From Candidatus Saccharimonadota bacterium (lineage in GTDB: Bacteria; Patescibacteriota; Gracilibacteria; UBA1369; 2-02-FULL-48-14), in NCBI GenBank assembly GCA_016699145.1, contig CP064962.1, positions 1,170,001 to 1,202,000 of the forward strand: a stretch of DNA of 32,000 nucleotides. Direction: 5' to 3'. Shown here piece by piece: positions 23,732 through 32,000 of this stretch (positions within the stretch are counted from its first letter, which is position 1; every line of letters begins with the position of its first letter). A program made the position numbers and the translations under genes. The notes under the pieces were generated by a model that did no database searches, was not told the origin of the DNA, and saw nothing but the letters and a program-made list of their open reading frames with translations.

Positions 23732-26700
23732 ATGAGAGTGAGGCTGAGGAAAATGGGCTCAATTAAAAGCCCTTTTATGACTTCCCCATCGAAACTTTGC
23801 AGCTTGTTTTTGTTATTTGTAGTCGTATGCAACATCGTCTTTATTCCCTTAGCATCGGCAGAGGAAGGGGGCGAAACTTTAGACCCCATCATCTTAGAAG
23901 AACCCGAGTTTGAAACAGCTCAGGAGACCCCAGAGGAAGACACGAAATTCAATCCAAAGCCTGAAGATGAATCGGTGATGGAAATTCTCGGTGAAGAGGA
24001 AGGGGAAAAGACAAAAGAAGACGAACCCGAAGGCCCGGACTTAGAAGAAACAGCCCCAGAGGAGGAAGCCCTCACGGAGGCCACAACAGAAAGCACCTCG
24101 GAAGAGACTGAAATAGACCTAGATGCGCCACGCTTTCACCCGGAAATCGATGAATTTACGGGAGCCTTAACTTATAGCTATAACATCGTCACTCCTCCAG
24201 GCCGAAACGGCATAGAGCCCAATCTGGCTTTAAACTACAACAGTGGGGATGAAGACAAGACCTCCATTTTAGGCCTAGGTTGGTCTTTGAACATTCCAAG
24301 CATCCAGCGCATCAACCGGGAGGGAACGCAGGATCTTTATGACGGAGACACTTTCACCTCCTCCCTTTCAGGGGAGCTGATAGCCCTAGATGCCACTACC
24401 TATGGGGCAAAGTCCGAAAAGGGGGATTTTTTAAATTATGAACGAGTGGGAGACGCATGGGTGGTGACGGATAAAAGCGGAACCACTTATACCTTTGGTT
24501 CCAGTGAAGACGCCCGGCAAGACGATCCAGCAGACAATTCACGCATTTACAAATGGATGCTGGAAGAAATAAGAGACTTGAATGACAACTTCATTTCTTA
24601 CACCTATACAAACTCAGGGGGACAAATCTATCCTGATGAAATCCGTTACACAGGCCACGGCAGCAGCGAGGGGATTTTTTCAATAAATTTTAGTCACGAC
24701 ACAGCCATAACAGGAGGCAACAATGATTTTTCTCGTGCATTTGAAGTGACCGCTCCTTCTTTAATAGACGCTATCACCATTTCCGTTTCAGGAACAGAAG
24801 TGAGGTCTTACGCTTTGAGTTATTCCCTGGGGCACAATCAAACAAGGTCTCTGCTCGAAAGCATTCAAGAGACAGCCATCAGCGAAGCAGGGGTAGAAAC
24901 GACTTTGCCAGCCACTACATTTGAATATCAGGAAGATGCTACAGGTTGGGAACTAGAGGAAGATTGGGAGATGCCTACGTACTCAAATGGAACGGATCTC
25001 CGTGGTTATAATGGAGAGATGAGTGGTTCCATTGACACTCAACTCTTGGATGTGAATGGAGATGGTCTTCAAGATTTTGTAGTCTTACAGTATGGATCCA
25101 TCACCGGAGACCCTGCACTGGATACTTTCCATCGAGTATTTTTAAACACAGGTGAAGGCTGGGAGCTGGAAGAAGATTGGCAGATGCCCATGTACACAGA
25201 TGGAACAAACACTTATGGCTACAACGGAGAATATTCTTCCATTTACACCCAATTCTTAGATGTAAATGGAGACGGTTTGCCAGATTTCGTTGTTCTACAA
25301 GGCAACGGTAATACCATCACCGGAGACCCTGCGTTGGATACTTTCCATCGAGTTTTTCTCAATACCGGGAGGGGTTGGGAATTGGATGAAAATTGGGAAA
25401 TGCCAGCGTACTCAAATGGAACAAACACCTATGGTTACAATGGAGAATACTCTTCTATCGACACCCAATTTTTAGATGTGAATGGAGACAGTTTAGCAGA
25501 CTTTGTGGTTCTATACACCTACACCAGCCCCATCACCGGAGACCCCGCAACAGATACCTTCCATCGTGTATTTCTAAACACAGGTGAAGGCTGGGAATTG
25601 GAAGAAAATTGGCAAATGCCTACCCACATACGTGGAACTGATACCTATGCTTATAACGGAGAAGGTTCTACCTCTATTGATACTCAATTCTTGGACGTGA
25701 ATGGGGATGGTTTGCCAGATTTCGTTATTTTATACAGTTTCGACACCGCCATCACTGGTGACCCTGCAATAGATCTCTTTCATCGTGTATTTCTAAACAC
25801 AGGTGAAGGTTGGGAATTGAAAGAAGATTGGCAAATGCCAGTGTATTCGAATGGAACAGACTTCCGGGGTTACAATGGAGAATATAATTCTTCTATCGAC
25901 ACCCAATTTTTAGATGTAAATGGAGACGGTTTACCGGATTTCGTTGTTTTATATAGTTTTGTCAGCCCCATCACCGGGGACCCTGCCGTGGACAACTTCC
26001 ATCGCGTATTTTTGAACACGGGTGAAGGTTGGGAATTGGATGAAAATTGGGAAATGCCAGCGTACTCAAATGGAACGGATCTCCGTGGTTATAATGGAGA
26101 GATGAGTGGTTCCATTGACACTCAATTCTTAGACGTTAACGGAGATACCCTTCAAGATTTTGTGGTACTACAGTATGGCTCCATCACCGGGGACCCTGCC
26201 GTGGACAACTTCCATCGCGTATTTTTGAACACGGGTGAAGGTTGGGAATTGGAAGAAGATTGGCAAATGCCAGTGTACACAGATGGGACGAACACTTATG
26301 GTTATAACGGAGAACCATATGCATACCTCCATACACAATTTTCAGATATAAATAGTGACGGCCTACTCGATTTTATAGCCTTACAAAGCTACAGCAGCCC
26401 CATCACCGGAGATCCAGCCCAGGACAACTTCCATCGTGTCTTCTTAAGCCAAGGTAAAGCCTCAGACCGCCTTTCTGAAATCACCCTCTCTTCTGGTGGG
26501 ACCGTATCTGTCACCTATGAAGAAGAGCCCATAGTGGATAGGAATCCTTATGGTGAAACGCAAACCTTTTACGCAGTTTCACAAATCACAAGGGACGATG
26601 GCTATGGAGAAAACAGCTTGAACTATGAATACGCGGATGGGAAATTCTACTTTCATGAAGATCAGTACCGCTCGTTCACCGGTTTTGGCACAGTCACCGT

Positions 26701-29700
26701 CACAGATGAAGAGGGCAATGCCCGCGTGGTGTATAGACACCAGGGGAACGAGAGTAATAGTGATCTGGGTGAATACAACGATGCAGTTTCTAAAATTGGA
26801 CTCGTTTACCGCACCGAAGAATATGATGAAACCGGGGCGTTATATAAAGTCACAGTACAGCAGTGGTACGAAACGAACCTGTCCACAGGCAGGGATTTTG
26901 CCAAACAAACAAGACAAACGTTTCTCACCTATGACGGCTCCAGCCACAAAGATTCAGCCACTGAGTATTCCTATGACGACGCCACAGGGAATCTCACGAC
27001 TGAAACGCATTGGGGCGAAGTGAGTGCCAGCGAAGACGGTTCCTTTCAAGACCTCAGCACACTGGATGAAAAGTTCATCATCACCTACACCTACGCCGTG
27101 GATTCAACTCAAGTGGTGAAAAACAAAGTGGCCCAAAAGAAGATCACGAGCAGCAGTGAAACGGAAAAAACGCGTTACTATTACGACGGCCTTTCTTACG
27201 GAGCCGTGAGCCTGGGAAATATAACGCGCGAAGCCCGAAGTTTCAATAACAGTTGGCAAAATATTCACTATACCTATTCTGCCGAAGGGCTGGTGGAGAC
27301 GGTAAAAAATCCACGCAACTACACCACGACTTATAGCTATGATTCAGAAAACCTTTATCCTGAAACGGTGACGAATCCCAAGGGCTATACGGTGGAATTT
27401 GCCTATGACTATTCCAGTGGAAAAATTGTGAGCAAAACGGATGAAAACGGCATCACGAGCCAGTATACCTATGACGGTTTTTCCAGACCCTTAACTGTTT
27501 CTGTGCCAGATCCCATAAGTGGCACCCTGACCTTGCTTTCCAGCACCACTTACAATGACAATTTCCCAAGCTCGTCCACCACAGTATCCACGGTCAATGG
27601 AGTAAACACTTTGCAAAGCCTATATTTTGATGGATTCAAACGGGAAGTGCAGCGTCTGAGCTCTGCGGAAGGGGGAACGTATACAGCTGTAGACACTTGG
27701 TACGACAGAGGCAATGTGATCCAGCAAACTTATCCTTATGAAACGCAAGGTGCAGGAAGAGATGTGACAAAGCCCAGCATTGTCAACACATACGCCGCGC
27801 AAAATAGACCTTTGACAGTTACAACCCCTCACAGCAGCACCACCTATAGCTACAGCCTGTGGGAAGTTTTGACAGAAAACCCCAACTTTTCCTACAAAAC
27901 CTTCGAATACAATTATGCAGGCCAATTGATTTCCGTGGAGGAACAAAACGGCGGACTCACCTATGCCACGACCTACACCTACGATCCTCTCGGACGGCTT
28001 ATAAACCTCACAGATGCGGAGGGCAATGAAAGGAATTTCATTTATGATTCATTGGGAAGAAAAGTGAGTGAGGAAGATCTGCACCGTCCTTCTGCTACGA
28101 CGATTCCAACCTGGACTTACACTTACGATGCCAATGGAAATCTAGCCACTCGCACAGACCCCTTGGGGGAAGCGACCAGTTGGACTTATGACAATTTGGA
28201 CCGTGTGCGTTATGAGGACTCCAGCCTAACTGGAAGGGAAACCACTTATACTTACGACACCGCCACACGTGGACTTATGAAAGTGTATAAAATCATTTCG
28301 GATGGGGGCGGGAAATATGTCCAGTATCCGATTTATGATTATTTGGGCAATCCAAGCAAAGAGCAGATTTATATTCAAAAACCGGGACTTTCGACTTATT
28401 ACAGCTATGTTTACCAAACGACCTATGACCTGTTAAAACGTCCAACGCGAATCATCTATCCCTCAGCGGCTCTAACCATAAATTATAGTTATAATGAAGC
28501 AGGGCTTTTAGAAACAGTCACGCGCGGGACCGCAACGGCTGTAGTGAATATGGATTACAACGCATTGGGCCAGATTGAAACGCAAACATATGGGAATGGG
28601 AAAATATTAACAAATACTTATGACGAAACAGGGCGTTTAATGCGAAAGCAAACGAACAATTTAGAAGATTTGAATTACACTTACGATGCAGTGGGGAACA
28701 TTTTGCAGATTGTGGACAGTGTAACTCCCAAAACCATCACTTACAGTTACGATGCTTTGGATCGTCTGGTGCGAGCGACCTCGAGCGGCCGCGCAGAGGG
28801 GGATTATGACGAGATGTATGAATACGACAGTTTGGGCAACTTGAGCTACCGCACGTCTTTAGGAGAACTGCTTTATGAAGGGGCGCATCCTCATGCAGTG
28901 AGCAGCGCAGCAGGCCTGACTTATACTTACGATGCCAATGGCAATCTTCTCACGGACGGCGTGCACAGTTATGCTTGGGAAAACAACCGGCTCATAACTG
29001 CGGACGGAAAGGCGTTCGGCTATGATTTTAGTGGAAGTAGATATAAGACAGTGGAGCTTGGGGATTATAGCTACTATATAAATGCTTACCAGGAGCAGCG
29101 TGGAGGAACCGAGACAAGCGCAGGGAATACGACTTACTATATTTTTGCAGGGGGACAGCGCCTTGCGATTCGGGAGGGGACGAACATCATTTACAATCAC
29201 CAGGATCACTTGGGAGGAACGGCGTTCACAACGGATAGGACTGGAGCGGTGAGCCAGGTTTATGAATACCTTCCCTATGGTGAAGAGTTGGAAAGCAGCG
29301 GCACAACAGATGCGGCACATTCCTTCACGGACAAGGAGCTGGACGATGACTTGGGACTCTATTACTTCGAAGCGAGGTGGTACAATCCTCTAACAGGCAG
29401 ATTCATAAGTGCAGACCCAGCGCAACATACGATGCTGGGACAAATCATGGGAGATCCACAATCGTTGAATGCTTATACTTATGCCCGTAATAATCCATTG
29501 ATCTACATAGATCCTACAGGGCTAAAAAGTGCAGTAGTATTTTATGGAAAAGAATATAGAGAGGGCTCTGACCCTAACGCTTGGAAAGACAAAGCAGATA
29601 GCAGGGCTGAGGATTTAAGGAATTTGAAAAATGAAGATGGGAGTTTGGTTTACGAAGATGGGGTATATTCTGCAGATGGGACAACTTTTGAGAATTGGGC

Positions 29701-30139
29701 CTCAGCTTTAAATACTTATAGCGACATTGGATTGATTGAATATTATGGGCATGGGGATAAGGATGGCATTTATCTACGAGATACATTAACGGAGTCGAAC
29801 GAGGTTCGATATGAAACAATATTTAGCAATTATTTTAATGGGCAACTTGATTCATACACAGATGGCACATCTGATCATTATGTGAAAGATTTAACACTAG
29901 GCAATACTTCAAAAGACCTTATAATAAAACTATGGTCGTGTAGCACGGCGGAGAGTGGGTATGAGTCAGTCGCACAGTCCTTTTCAAATCATTTCTTAGC
30001 ACCAGTTTATGCATCAAATTCAGCTGATAGCACTTATTTTTTGGGCAACTATGCTTTCACTTCGCCACTTTCATCGGGAGGGTTTGACTGGCGCTATCCG
30101 TCATGGATGTCGATACTTGAAAGTACTATTAATAATTGA
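23732..30139 (+). CDS. RHS-repeat polymorphic toxin with SpvB N-domain and 7-blade propeller (TcB/TcC-like single chain)
   Basis: 2,135-aa ORF with these parts in order:
- Signal-like segment CSLFLLFVVVCNIVFIPLASA.
- Acidic linker.
- SpvB motif YSYNIVTPPGRNGIEPNLALNYNS...GLGWSLNIPSIQR.
- Seven D(V/I)NGDGLPDF blades.
- Many YD repeats (YTYDANGNL, YSYDALDRL, YEYDSLGNL).
- RHS core end YFEARWYNPLTGRFISADP...NAYTYARNNPLIYIDPTGL.

The start may instead be Met8 or Met16. Confidence 0.92.
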   Translation: MRVRLRKMGSIKSPFMTSPSKLCSLFLLFVVVCNIVFIPLASAEEGGETLDPIILEEPEFETAQETPEEDTKFNPKPEDESVMEILGEEEGEKTKEDEPEGPDLEETAPEEEALTEATTESTSEETEIDLDAPRFHPEIDEFTGALTYSYNIVTPPGRNGIEPNLALNYNSGDEDKTSILGLGWSLNIPSIQRINREGTQDLYDGDTFTSSLSGELIALDATTYGAKSEKGDFLNYERVGDAWVVTDKSGTTYTFGSSEDARQDDPADNSRIYKWMLEEIRDLNDNFISYTYTNSGGQIYPDEIRYTGHGSSEGIFSINFSHDTAITGGNNDFSRAFEVTAPSLIDAITISVSGTEVRSYALSYSLGHNQTRSLLESIQETAISEAGVETTLPATTFEYQEDATGWELEEDWEMPTYSNGTDLRGYNGEMSGSIDTQLLDVNGDGLQDFVVLQYGSITGDPALDTFHRVFLNTGEGWELEEDWQMPMYTDGTNTYGYNGEYSSIYTQFLDVNGDGLPDFVVLQGNGNTITGDPALDTFHRVFLNTGRGWELDENWEMPAYSNGTNTYGYNGEYSSIDTQFLDVNGDSLADFVVLYTYTSPITGDPATDTFHRVFLNTGEGWELEENWQMPTHIRGTDTYAYNGEGSTSIDTQFLDVNGDGLPDFVILYSFDTAITGDPAIDLFHRVFLNTGEGWELKEDWQMPVYSNGTDFRGYNGEYNSSIDTQFLDVNGDGLPDFVVLYSFVSPITGDPAVDNFHRVFLNTGEGWELDENWEMPAYSNGTDLRGYNGEMSGSIDTQFLDVNGDTLQDFVVLQYGSITGDPAVDNFHRVFLNTGEGWELEEDWQMPVYTDGTNTYGYNGEPYAYLHTQFSDINSDGLLDFIALQSYSSPITGDPAQDNFHRVFLSQGKASDRLSEITLSSGGTVSVTYEEEPIVDRNPYGETQTFYAVSQITRDDGYGENSLNYEYADGKFYFHEDQYRSFTGFGTVTVTDEEGNARVVYRHQGNESNSDLGEYNDAVSKIGLVYRTEEYDETGALYKVTVQQWYETNLSTGRDFAKQTRQTFLTYDGSSHKDSATEYSYDDATGNLTTETHWGEVSASEDGSFQDLSTLDEKFIITYTYAVDSTQVVKNKVAQKKITSSSETEKTRYYYDGLSYGAVSLGNITREARSFNNSWQNIHYTYSAEGLVETVKNPRNYTTTYSYDSENLYPETVTNPKGYTVEFAYDYSSGKIVSKTDENGITSQYTYDGFSRPLTVSVPDPISGTLTLLSSTTYNDNFPSSSTTVSTVNGVNTLQSLYFDGFKREVQRLSSAEGGTYTAVDTWYDRGNVIQQTYPYETQGAGRDVTKPSIVNTYAAQNRPLTVTTPHSSTTYSYSLWEVLTENPNFSYKTFEYNYAGQLISVEEQNGGLTYATTYTYDPLGRLINLTDAEGNERNFIYDSLGRKVSEEDLHRPSATTIPTWTYTYDANGNLATRTDPLGEATSWTYDNLDRVRYEDSSLTGRETTYTYDTATRGLMKVYKIISDGGGKYVQYPIYDYLGNPSKEQIYIQKPGLSTYYSYVYQTTYDLLKRPTRIIYPSAALTINYSYNEAGLLETVTRGTATAVVNMDYNALGQIETQTYGNGKILTNTYDETGRLMRKQTNNLEDLNYTYDAVGNILQIVDSVTPKTITYSYDALDRLVRATSSGRAEGDYDEMYEYDSLGNLSYRTSLGELLYEGAHPHAVSSAAGLTYTYDANGNLLTDGVHSYAWENNRLITADGKAFGYDFSGSRYKTVELGDYSYYINAYQEQRGGTETSAGNTTYYIFAGGQRLAIREGTNIIYNHQDHLGGTAFTTDRTGAVSQVYEYLPYGEELESSGTTDAAHSFTDKELDDDLGLYYFEARWYNPLTGRFISADPAQHTMLGQIMGDPQSLNAYTYARNNPLIYIDPTGLKSAVVFYGKEYREGSDPNAWKDKADSRAEDLRNLKNEDGSLVYEDGVYSADGTTFENWASALNTYSDIGLIEYYGHGDKDGIYLRDTLTESNEVRYETIFSNYFNGQLDSYTDGTSDHYVKDLTLGNTSKDLIIKLWSCSTAESGYESVAQSFSNHFLAPVYASNSADSTYFLGNYAFTSPLSSGGFDWRYPSWMSILESTINN
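24944..26445 (+). repeat. seven tandem 216-231-nt coding repeats (propeller blades) with long identical DNA tracts
   Basis: Unit: GWELEEDWQMP.Y.NGT...GYNGE.....DTQFLDVNGDGLPDFVVL.......ITGDPA.D.FHRVFLNTGE. 24978-25042 is identical to 26061-26125 (65 nt). 25968-26040 is identical to 26181-26253 (73 nt). Confidence 0.9.
29525..30136 (+). other. C-terminal variable payload domain of the RHS protein (~204 aa, unassigned; clan-CD-protease-like His/Cys pattern)
   Basis: Begins right after DPTGL (29510-29524). Contains AVVFYG, then LIEYYGHGDKDG (His codon 29750-29752), then LIIKLWSCSTAESG (Cys codon 29939-29941). G+C falls here (21/60 at 29701-29760). Confidence 0.6.
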
Positions 30140-30141
30140 TC

Positions 30142-30498
30142 ATGTTTAAAAAAATATCCATCTCTTTATCCATCTTTCTCCCCTTATTAGTACTCTTTAT
30201 TGTAATTGAACCTTCCTTATTCTATACACCATTATCATGCAATTTTTTCAATGTAAGTTATATAGGACTCATTGGGATTTTTCTTTCTAGCACAATATAT
30301 ACAATGAGATATTCTAAATGGCGCTTCAAATGGCTACTCTCTTTTATCTCTTTGATCAGTTTTATAAGCATTCTATTAGCTTATAATTTTGGGATCGTTT
30401 TAATTTACGAAGATATCTTTAGAAAAGTAGAAAAGGGTGATTATAGCTCCTGCGAACAGTATCCAATCCAATTTTTAATGAAAGATTTTACTGAATGA
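30142..30498 (+). CDS. small 3-TM membrane protein; candidate cognate immunity protein
   Basis: The ATG lies 2 nt after the RHS stop. 118 aa with three hydrophobic spans (ISISLSIFLPLLVLFIVI, YIGLIGIFLSSTIY, LLSFISLISFISILLAYNFGIVLIY). Very A+T-rich. Confidence 0.55.
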   Translation: MFKKISISLSIFLPLLVLFIVIEPSLFYTPLSCNFFNVSYIGLIGIFLSSTIYTMRYSKWRFKWLLSFISLISFISILLAYNFGIVLIYEDIFRKVEKGDYSSCEQYPIQFLMKDFTE

Positions 30499-30659
30499 TT
30501 ACTTCAACTTATCTGGTGCAAAATGAAGACACTCTCTCACCTGTTTTTGGCGATCAATGGCAAAGTGTCGCTGAATACAGCCAAATACAAGATCCAAATA
30601 TAATTCATGTGGGAGATCAAATTAAAATACCTGAAAAAATAATCACTAACGCAAGTTAA
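30495..30659 (+). CDS. 54-aa LysM-like mini-protein (below the 60-aa cutoff of the ORF track)
   Basis: The ATG overlaps the previous TGA as ATGA (30495-30498). MITSTYLVQNEDTLSPVFGDQWQSVAEYSQIQDPNIIHVGDQIKIPEKIITNAS fits the LysM pattern Y.V..GDTL..I.........N....I..GQ.L.IP, with E in place of G in GDTL. Confidence 0.4.
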   Translation: MITSTYLVQNEDTLSPVFGDQWQSVAEYSQIQDPNIIHVGDQIKIPEKIITNAS

Positions 30660-30720
30660 ATGAAAAAAGGGGATATGGGATGGGTGAAAGTTACGCTAAT
30701 AACCATTTACTAAATAGAAA

Positions 30721-31230
30721 ATGAAAGCTCATAAAACTACTTTTTCAATTACTCTAGCTTTATTTTTGTTCGCTGCAGTCAAGTTTTTTTTAGGACTTAG
30801 TTTTTGGTTTTTAGGGATGAATCTACTGCTTTTTATGGTCATAATTCTCATAGCAGTCAGAAATATCCATATCACTCTTATAAAGAAAGATTATTTATTC
30901 CTTTCTATCAATTTAATTCTAGTAGTTGCGAACATATTTATTATTTCAAATATTTTAAAACCTTCTTTCACGACAATTTTTAAAAACGATAAGAAATCAG
31001 TTTTGAGCTACGAAATAACAACTCAAAACGAAGTTATTTTTACAAAGAGGAATCGGTTTGCCTTTCTTTTGTCAAAGGAAGAATGTCTAACGGTTCTTCA
31101 CTATGGATTTAGAGGAAACTTAGAAGATATGAACCCATATGTTGAAGGAGAAAGTCTATTTATAGGCAAGAGCGAATACCCTTTGAGTACAAATAAACAA
31201 AGCAATGTTTGTTTAGAAAAGAAATTTTAA
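30721..31230 (+). CDS. hypothetical membrane protein (169 aa, ~3-4 TM + soluble tail)
   Basis: ORF in the A+T-rich block. Hydrophobic N-half (ITLALFLFAAVKFFLGLSFWFLGMNLLLFMVIILIAV...). No motif recognised. Confidence 0.5.
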   Translation: MKAHKTTFSITLALFLFAAVKFFLGLSFWFLGMNLLLFMVIILIAVRNIHITLIKKDYLFLSINLILVVANIFIISNILKPSFTTIFKNDKKSVLSYEITTQNEVIFTKRNRFAFLLSKEECLTVLHYGFRGNLEDMNPYVEGESLFIGKSEYPLSTNKQSNVCLEKKF

Positions 31231-31249
31231 ACCTATATGATTCTTACAA

Positions 31250-31774
31250 ATGAATAAACGCAAAATAGTTCAAGTATCCATAATGACTATCTTAATAGTA
31301 GTAGGATGGGCTACCTTGATAAACATCTATTATATCTATAAGGATATTTTTATAAAACACGATGGTCCTAGCAATTATGACCTGATGGAACCCTTTATTA
31401 CTTATTTTAATCAAGGACAGTATCAAGTTGTGCCAGATGTATTCGAACCATTTGATTATTCACTGATACGAATCGATAACCCAGAAGAAGCAAATGACAA
31501 CACTGGCTTAATAGGCAATATCACTAAGTACATCTTAGTAGAAAATCACCTATACGTTGCTGGTCAAACCTCTTCAAGCAAGGAGGAGGAGGCAGCAGAA
31601 TCTTATATGATTATCAACATGACAACTGGAGAGATCAATTCTTTCAGCCTGATTAAAGACCTGTCAAAAGAGGATAGGAAAATATTCGAAATGAAACTAG
31701 GGAACACATGTTTGGTGGATAGAACGTGCTACGAGAAAGGAGTGAATCCTACTTTGTGGAACATTTTCAACTGA
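31250..31774 (+). CDS. hypothetical membrane-anchored protein (174 aa)
   Basis: ORF with a single N-terminal TM (VQVSIMTILIVVGWATLINIYYIY) and a soluble domain. No motif recognised. Confidence 0.5.
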   Translation: MNKRKIVQVSIMTILIVVGWATLINIYYIYKDIFIKHDGPSNYDLMEPFITYFNQGQYQVVPDVFEPFDYSLIRIDNPEEANDNTGLIGNITKYILVENHLYVAGQTSSSKEEEAAESYMIINMTTGEINSFSLIKDLSKEDRKIFEMKLGNTCLVDRTCYEKGVNPTLWNIFN

Positions 31775-31800
31775 TTAAATCCTTCTGAACTGCATACCCA

Positions 31801-32000
31801 ATGAACAAGCAAGAAAAAATCCTCTCACTTATTATAGCGATAGGCTGTATATTCCCCATTTTTGTCGCTAGATTTTTAGTAAAAATTTTTTCTGGAACAC
31901 AGGAAGCTTTAGTGACTTACCTCACTGTACTCTTGGTATATACGGTATTTACCGGAGCAGTCTTAATCATCGGAATACATCCTAATTTGATTGAACCAGA
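31801..32000 (+). CDS. 5' part of another small membrane protein gene, running off the right edge
   Basis: The ATG at 31801 opens a frame with no stop to the window end: MNKQEKILSLIIAIGCIFPIFVARFLVKIF...LTVLLVYTVFTGAVLIIGI. Not in the ORF track because it has no stop. Confidence 0.35.
   Translation, partial: MNKQEKILSLIIAIGCIFPIFVARFLVKIFSGTQEALVTYLTVLLVYTVFTGAVLIIGIHPNLIEP

Noticed and set aside
1-32000. Alternative genetic code (UGA recoded, as in some candidate phyla)
   Set aside because: TGA terminates well-conserved genes at the expected protein ends (rnhA at 17572-17574, RHS at 30137-30139, fic at 15100-15102), and conserved domains contain no in-frame TGA.

Overview
32-kb bacterial window, roughly 45-55% G+C for most of its length. 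It uses the standard genetic code: TGA, TAA and TAG all end conserved genes. Gene content resembles a small-genome uncultured bacterium; a CPR/Peregrinibacteria-like origin is only a guess. Short housekeeping genes (tRNA-Gly, rnhA, trxA, tsaB, a sigma-70 factor, rsmI) sit between very large exported proteins.

Layout:
- (1) 1-8.3 kb: regulator fragment, two ATGA-coupled unknown genes, a 468-bp non-coding gap holding an inverted-repeat-bounded 256-bp element, a TerC/DUF475 membrane protein, a transporter-HEAT fusion, an FkbM methyltransferase, a Spo0M-like protein, and a secreted alpha/beta hydrolase broken at a G7 tract.
- (2) 8.3-14.9 kb: one giant surface protein (FG-GAP blades, beta-helix-like region, nine 112-aa tandem repeats, SLH anchors) split by a frameshift.
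- (3) 14.9-17.0 kb: accessory islet next to tRNA-Gly(UCC), with a Fic remnant, an intact class-II-type Fic, and hicB-hicA flanked by two ~120-bp direct repeats that each start with the last 19 nt of the tRNA. No integrase is visible.
- (4) 17.1-23.7 kb: rnhA, trxA, an amidase/Ig-like/SpoIID cell-wall enzyme split at an A7 tract, tsaB, sigma factor, rsmI.
- (5) 23.7-32.0 kb: a 2,135-aa SpvB + propeller + RHS (TcB/TcC-like) cocoon toxin. Its last ~204 aa form an unassigned payload with a caspase/CPD-like His...Cys pattern. An abruptly A+T-rich run of small membrane-protein genes (candidate immunity or orphan modules) and a 54-aa LysM-like mini-ORF follow.

Best candidate for something undescribed: the RHS payload plus its downstream cassette. 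Next: the integrase-less tandem att structure at tRNA-Gly, then the recurring one-base-short tract frameshifts in three exported proteins. All family assignments come from motifs read by eye; no searches were run.
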